This document shows positions 22,056-25,640 of a stretch of DNA of 25,640 bases, in pieces (position 1 is the stretch's first letter; each line of letters starts with the position of its first letter). The stretch spans positions 1-25,640 of the forward strand of contig JBFGDW010000009.1 of the NCBI GenBank assembly GCA_041580435.1, given 5' to 3'. A model generated the notes under the pieces. That model did not search any database, was not told the DNA's origin, and saw only the letters and a list, made by a program, of their open reading frames with translations. A program made the translations under genes and the position numbers. This DNA is from Candidatus Polarisedimenticolia bacterium (lineage in GTDB: Bacteria > Acidobacteriota > Polarisedimenticolia > SMYD01).

Positions 22056-22087
22056 GGGCCGATGTTAGGGGCCCCGGGCCGCGGGGA

Positions 22088-22489
22088 TCAAGACAGGCTC
22101 GAGGCTCCCGTCCTCCGGCCCTCCAGGACCTCGGTCACGGTTCGCACCAGGTCGTCGGCCTCGATGGGCTTGGAGATGTAGGCGTCGGCGCCCAGTGAGA
22201 GGCCGCGCTTCCGGTCCTCCTCGGCACCCTCGGTGGTGATGATGACGATGGGGATGCGCCGGGTGGTGGCATTGCTGCGCACCACGCTCACCAGCTTCAG
22301 CCCGTCCATGATGGGCATGTTGATGTCGGTGAGGATGACGTCGACCTTCTCGTAGGCCATCTTCCGCAGGGCGTCGGCCCCGTCCACGGCCTCGACGATG
22401 CGGCAGTCAGAGAAGCGCCGCAGGGCGAAGCTGATGAGCTGCCGCATGGTGGGAGAGTCCTCCACCACCAGGAAGTTGAGGGTCTCCAT
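22088..22489 (-). CDS. Single-domain CheY-like response regulator receiver
   Basis: METLNFLVVEDSPTMRQL...DVILTDINMPIMDGL...GADAYISKP carries the acidic pocket, phospho-acceptor Asp and the conserved Lys. The preferred start is ATG 22489, overlapping the GAF gene stop by 1 nt (TGATG). The longer ORF-track start at 22582 adds an Arg-rich, non-protein-like N-terminus. Confidence 0.75.
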   Translation of the reverse strand: METLNFLVVEDSPTMRQLISFALRRFSDCRIVEAVDGADALRKMAYEKVDVILTDINMPIMDGLKLVSVVRSNATTRRIPIVIITTEGAEEDRKRGLSLGADAYISKPIEADDLVRTVTEVLEGRRTGASSLS

Positions 22490-23352
22490 CAGTTGGTCCT
22501 CCCGGTCCCGCCGGCGGCCGGGCCCCCACCGTCTCCGGCCGCGACGTGGGCCTGCGGGCCGCCGTCGTCGATCTGGAGGCACGGGAGGACGATCGCCGGC
22601 CAGTCCAGGGCCGATGTCCCTTCTTGCTGGACGGCCCGCTGGCGCAGGGTGGCCCCCAGGAGAGCGGTGCCCGCCGTCTCGGCCAGCAGCGAGAAGAGCT
22701 CGTGATCCTGGCTTGTCAGGCGTTTCTTCTGCACGAACAGTCGGCTCACCTGCAGCACGCCGATGACCTGCCCGTCCACCTTCATGGGGACGCAGGCCAG
22801 CGGGTTGTGGAAGTCTCCGTCGCGCCCATCGGCCTCGAAGTAGGGAATCCCTGTCTTCGCCACCACCCCGGCGATCCCCTCTCCCACGGGCACGCGGCGG
22901 CGGCTCGGCCGGTGGCTCTGTTCATCGGCGATGGGGAGCAGGGTGTGCCGCTCTCCCTCCAGGAGGAAGATCTGGAACTTCTCCGCACCGATGAGGTTGA
23001 TGAGGATCTCCTTCACCGACGCCAAGACCGCGCTCAGCTCCATGGTGCGGTGCAGGTTGAATCCCGCCACGTACAGGTTGGCCAGCAGGCCCTCCTGTTC
23101 CTTGAGGGGATCCGGCCTTCCGGTCATCGCGATCTCCCGGCAGAGATCCCGGTTCTCCGCCTCCAGCTGGGACACACGCGCCTCCAGCGCGCGCAGGCGC
23201 AGTGCGTCGGCACCGGCCGGGCGAGACGGGTCCTGGCGCAGGGAGCGGTTCTCCTCCACCAGGCGCTGGCACGCGTCGCGCACGCCCGCCAGGGCCGCCT
23301 CGATGCGGACCAGCTCCTGCAGGTTCTCCCCTCCGTGGCCTTTCTCGCTCAT
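22489..23352 (-). CDS. Coiled-coil + GAF-domain protein embedded in the che-like operon; no recognisable output domain
   Basis: The N-terminal roughly 80 aa are heptad-like (LQELVRIEAALAGVRDACQRLVEENRSL...LEARVSQLEAENRDL). Then comes a GAF-like fold (…LSAVLASVKEILINLIGAEKFQIFLLE…VPVGEGIAGVVAKTGIPYFEAD…ACVPMKVDGQVIGVLQVS…FSLLAETAGTAL). ATGA overlap with cheB and TGATG overlap with the receiver gene indicate translational coupling. Confidence 0.65.
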   Translation of the reverse strand: MSEKGHGGENLQELVRIEAALAGVRDACQRLVEENRSLRQDPSRPAGADALRLRALEARVSQLEAENRDLCREIAMTGRPDPLKEQEGLLANLYVAGFNLHRTMELSAVLASVKEILINLIGAEKFQIFLLEGERHTLLPIADEQSHRPSRRRVPVGEGIAGVVAKTGIPYFEADGRDGDFHNPLACVPMKVDGQVIGVLQVSRLFVQKKRLTSQDHELFSLLAETAGTALLGATLRQRAVQQEGTSALDWPAIVLPCLQIDDGGPQAHVAAGDGGGPAAGGTGRTN

Positions 23353-24488
23353 GGGCCGTTCCTCCTGTCGTGTTCATCGGACCCGGCGTCCAGCCGGGCC
23401 GCATCCAGAAGCATCTCCTGTCCCTCTCCCCCCTCCCGGGCCAGGGCCGTGAGCACCGGGGCCATGCCGTCCAGGGGGAGCACCCGATCCACGGCCTGCG
23501 CCGCGATGGCGCTGCGAGGCATGCCAAACACCACCGCGGTCCGCTCCGATTCGGCCAGGGCCAGGCCGCCGGCCTGACGGATGGCCGCCAGCCCCCGCGT
23601 CCCGTCATCGCCCATGCCGGTGAGGACCACCCCCACCACCCGCCGGCCCGCCACACGGGCGGCCGACTCCATGAGGCGGTTGCCCGACGGCACGTGAGCA
23701 TCCCTGTCGCTGGCCGGCTCCAGGCGGAGGCGGAACCCTCCCTCCTCCGCCCGGGCCACCTCCATCTGGCTGCCCCCCGGCGCCACCAGAACGTGGCCGG
23801 GGCGTAGCAGGTCCCCTTCCCGGGCCTCGGCCACCGGCAGCCGGGCCAGGTCGTCCAGGCGACGGGCGAAGGCGGCGGTGAAGTACGCCGGCATGTGCTG
23901 CACCACCCCCACAGCGGCAGGCAGGTCGGCGGGCAGCTCCTGGATGATCCGCTGCAGCGCAGGCGGCCCCCCGGTGGAGGCCACCAGGACAATCAGCCTG
24001 CCCCCGGCGCCCGGTCGCCGGGCCGGGCCACGCCAGGCCCCGGCCGCCGTCTCCCGGCGGGGGCGCGTGCGGCCGTCCATCCCTCCCCGCCGCAGGCGCG
24101 TGGGCGCCGCCGCGATCTCCGTGAGCTTGCGCACCAGATCGTCGCGGATGGCGGGCAGATCCGCGCTGACCCGTCCCGGCTTGAGCACGAAGTCCAGGGC
24201 GCCCAGCTCCAGGGCCTCGAAGAGGGAGTAGTTGGACTCCCGGGAGGTGACCACCAGCACCGGCAGGGGATGCTCCTGCATGACCCAGCGCAGCAGGCTG
24301 AGGCCATCCATGTGGGGCATCTCCAGGTCCAGGGTGAGCACGTCGGGCCGCAGCTCCCGTATGCGCCGGATGGCGTCGTATCCATCCCGGGCGCATCCCA
24401 CCACCTGCAGGCCCGGCGCACCCTGCAGCAGGCGCGCCAGCGTGCTCCGGTTGAAGGCCGAGTCGTCCACGATGAGCACCCGGGTCAC
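23349..24488 (-). CDS. cheB: Chemotaxis protein-glutamate methylesterase (REC + CheB methylesterase domains)
   Basis: N-terminal receiver VLIVDDSAFNRSTL...LTLDLEMPHMDGL. Catalytic motifs LVASTGGPPAL (Ser), VVQHMPAYFT (His) and GMGDDGTRGL (Asp). An Arg/Pro-rich interdomain linker. GTG start at 24488 overlaps the cheR TGA. Confidence 0.9.
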   Translation of the reverse strand: MTRVLIVDDSAFNRSTLARLLQGAPGLQVVGCARDGYDAIRRIRELRPDVLTLDLEMPHMDGLSLLRWVMQEHPLPVLVVTSRESNYSLFEALELGALDFVLKPGRVSADLPAIRDDLVRKLTEIAAAPTRLRRGGMDGRTRPRRETAAGAWRGPARRPGAGGRLIVLVASTGGPPALQRIIQELPADLPAAVGVVQHMPAYFTAAFARRLDDLARLPVAEAREGDLLRPGHVLVAPGGSQMEVARAEEGGFRLRLEPASDRDAHVPSGNRLMESAARVAGRRVVGVVLTGMGDDGTRGLAAIRQAGGLALAESERTAVVFGMPRSAIAAQAVDRVLPLDGMAPVLTALAREGGEGQEMLLDAARLDAGSDEHDRRNGP

Positions 24489-25360
24489 GACTCCTCCCTG
24501 CGGTAAGCCACGTCCTGGCTCAGGTTGGCGAACTCGAACCGGTCGGAGAGATCCAGGAGCGATTCCGAATGGCCCAGGAGCAGGTACCCCCCCTCGGCCA
24601 GGCGGTCGTAGAACAGGTCCACCACCTGCCGGCGGGAATCCCGGTCGAAGTAGATGAGCACGTTCCGGCAGAGGATGGCGTCGAACTTCACCAGGGGCAG
24701 GTCGCCGGCCGGGCCCAGCAGGTTGCAGCGGCCGAACTGCACCATGCGCCGGACGTCGGGGACGATCTGGAAGCGGCCATCAGCGTGGGGCCGGAAGTAT
24801 CGATCGCGGATGGCCGGGGGGGTATTGCGAAACGAGAATCCACCATAGGCTCCCTGGCGAGCCCGCTCCAGCGCCTTGCGCGACTGGTCCGAGCCGAAGA
24901 TCTCCACCTCCCGGGCCGCCGTGCCGTGGCGCTCCAGCACCGCCATGGCGATGGAGTAGGGCTCCTCGCCGGTGGAGCAGCCGGCGCTCCACACCCGCAC
25001 CCGCCCCCCGGGGCGCGCGGCGCGCCGCTCGGCCAGGATCTCGTCGGCCACCGCCCAGATCTGGGACTCCTCCCGGAAGAAGTAGGTCTCGTTGTTGGCC
25101 AGCACATCGAACAGAGCCTCCAGCTCCGAGTCCCCCTCGCCGTCGTAGAGCAGCCGGTAGTAGTAGTCCTGCAGGTCGTCCAGTCCCAGCTCCACCAGCC
25201 GGCGGACGAGCCTTCCGCGGGCCAGATCCCGGAACGAGTCGCGGAACTGGAAGCCGAACCGGCGGTTGATGAGCTCCAGGACCTGCCGGAAGCAGTCCTC
25301 AGGCACCCGCACCTGGGACGCAGGATCGCCTCCGACGGTTGCCGCTGGCGCCGTGCTCAA
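24485..25360 (-). CDS. cheR: Chemotaxis protein methyltransferase CheR (start uncertain)
   Basis: N-domain FRQVLELINRRFGFQF. SAM-binding VWSAGCSTGEEPYSIAM and LCRNVLIYFD. The ORF-track start at 25468 would overlap the upstream ORF by 112 nt with an Arg/Gly junk N-terminus. A TTG at 25360 overlapping the upstream TGA (TTGA), or GTG at 25312 or 25306, are more plausible starts. Confidence 0.85.
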   Translation of the reverse strand: MSTAPAATVGGDPASQVRVPEDCFRQVLELINRRFGFQFRDSFRDLARGRLVRRLVELGLDDLQDYYYRLLYDGEGDSELEALFDVLANNETYFFREESQIWAVADEILAERRAARPGGRVRVWSAGCSTGEEPYSIAMAVLERHGTAAREVEIFGSDQSRKALERARQGAYGGFSFRNTPPAIRDRYFRPHADGRFQIVPDVRRMVQFGRCNLLGPAGDLPLVKFDAILCRNVLIYFDRDSRRQVVDLFYDRLAEGGYLLLGHSESLLDLSDRFEFANLSQDVAYRREES

Positions 25361-25640
25361 GGCGAGCCTCCACCACCCTCCGGGCCGCGGGCCGACTCCC
25401 TGCGGCCGATCTCCTCCAGAACCACGGCCAGCCCCTCGCGGGTGGCGGGATCGATCCCGGCGGCCCACTCGGCGCGCAGGTCATCGGCGAAGATCCGGTG
25501 GCCATCCACCAGCAGGCCGGCGGCCGTCTCTGCCACGTCCTTCTCGGCCAGCGCCGAGACCAGGAGGGAGAGAGAGGACTCGGGATCCACCTGGTAGAGG
25601 GCCGTCAGGAGGGCACTGCGCACCACGGCGTCCCGCTCCC
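25357..25640 (-). CDS. 3' end of an upstream ORF continuing past the window edge; HEAT/PBS-lyase-like repeat character (tentative)
   Basis: The frame is open from the window edge (…ERDAVVRSALLTALYQVDPESSLSLLVSALAEKDVAETAAGLLVD…LAVVLEEIG…) to TGA at 25357-25359. High GC3, and translationally coupled to cheR. The Leu/Ala-rich repeats punctuated by D/P resemble HEAT-like repeats, but about 90 aa is too little to be sure. Confidence 0.4.
   Translation of the reverse strand, partial: ERDAVVRSALLTALYQVDPESSLSLLVSALAEKDVAETAAGLLVDGHRIFADDLRAEWAAGIDPATREGLAVVLEEIGRRESARGPEGGGGSP

Noticed and set aside
22490-22582. Longer N-terminus for the CheY-like receiver (MPPDRRRRPAGPRRGRRRWGPGRRRDREDQL…)
   Set aside because: It overlaps the GAF gene's 3' end by 93 nt and is pure Arg/Gly/Pro. 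The canonical receiver begins at METLNFLVVED with a TGATG coupling junction.

Overview
This is a GC-rich window (codon third positions almost exclusively G/C) from a diderm bacterium, and it is mostly core-genome, with gene content and synteny that look Proteobacteria-like. The plus-strand half carries rpsA (5' partial), ihfB, a HIT-family gene, miaB, a DUF151 (BFN) nuclease-domain gene, parA-parB and a fused lptF/lptG permease. The minus-strand half is one long, tightly spaced co-directional array. It starts with a chemotaxis-like module: a partial HEAT-like ORF, then cheR, cheB, a GAF-domain protein and a CheY-like receiver. These are coupled by ATGA/GTGA/TGATG overlaps. The array continues through lptE, holA, guaA, a DUF3467 gene, dnaE, metK, ahcY and a large membrane-anchored phosphodiesterase-TPR protein. 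I saw no tRNA, rRNA, CRISPR, transposase or integrase signatures. The most unusual element is the Che-like cluster with an embedded, translationally coupled GAF protein that has no recognisable output domain. Its cheA/cheW/MCP partners, if present, lie beyond the window edge. Secondary curiosities are listed here. (1) An ORF-free GC-rich intergenic stretch of about 640 bp between parB and lptFG, ending in a sharply AT-rich island containing a TTGACA box. (2) The LptF-LptG fusion. (3) The TM-AlkP/phosphodiesterase-TPR multidomain protein. (4) parAB in a non-origin-like neighbourhood with no canonical parS visible. Many long antisense 'shadow' ORFs in the six-frame track are GC-composition artefacts. 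Several ORF-track 'M' starts are actually GTG/TTG codons.
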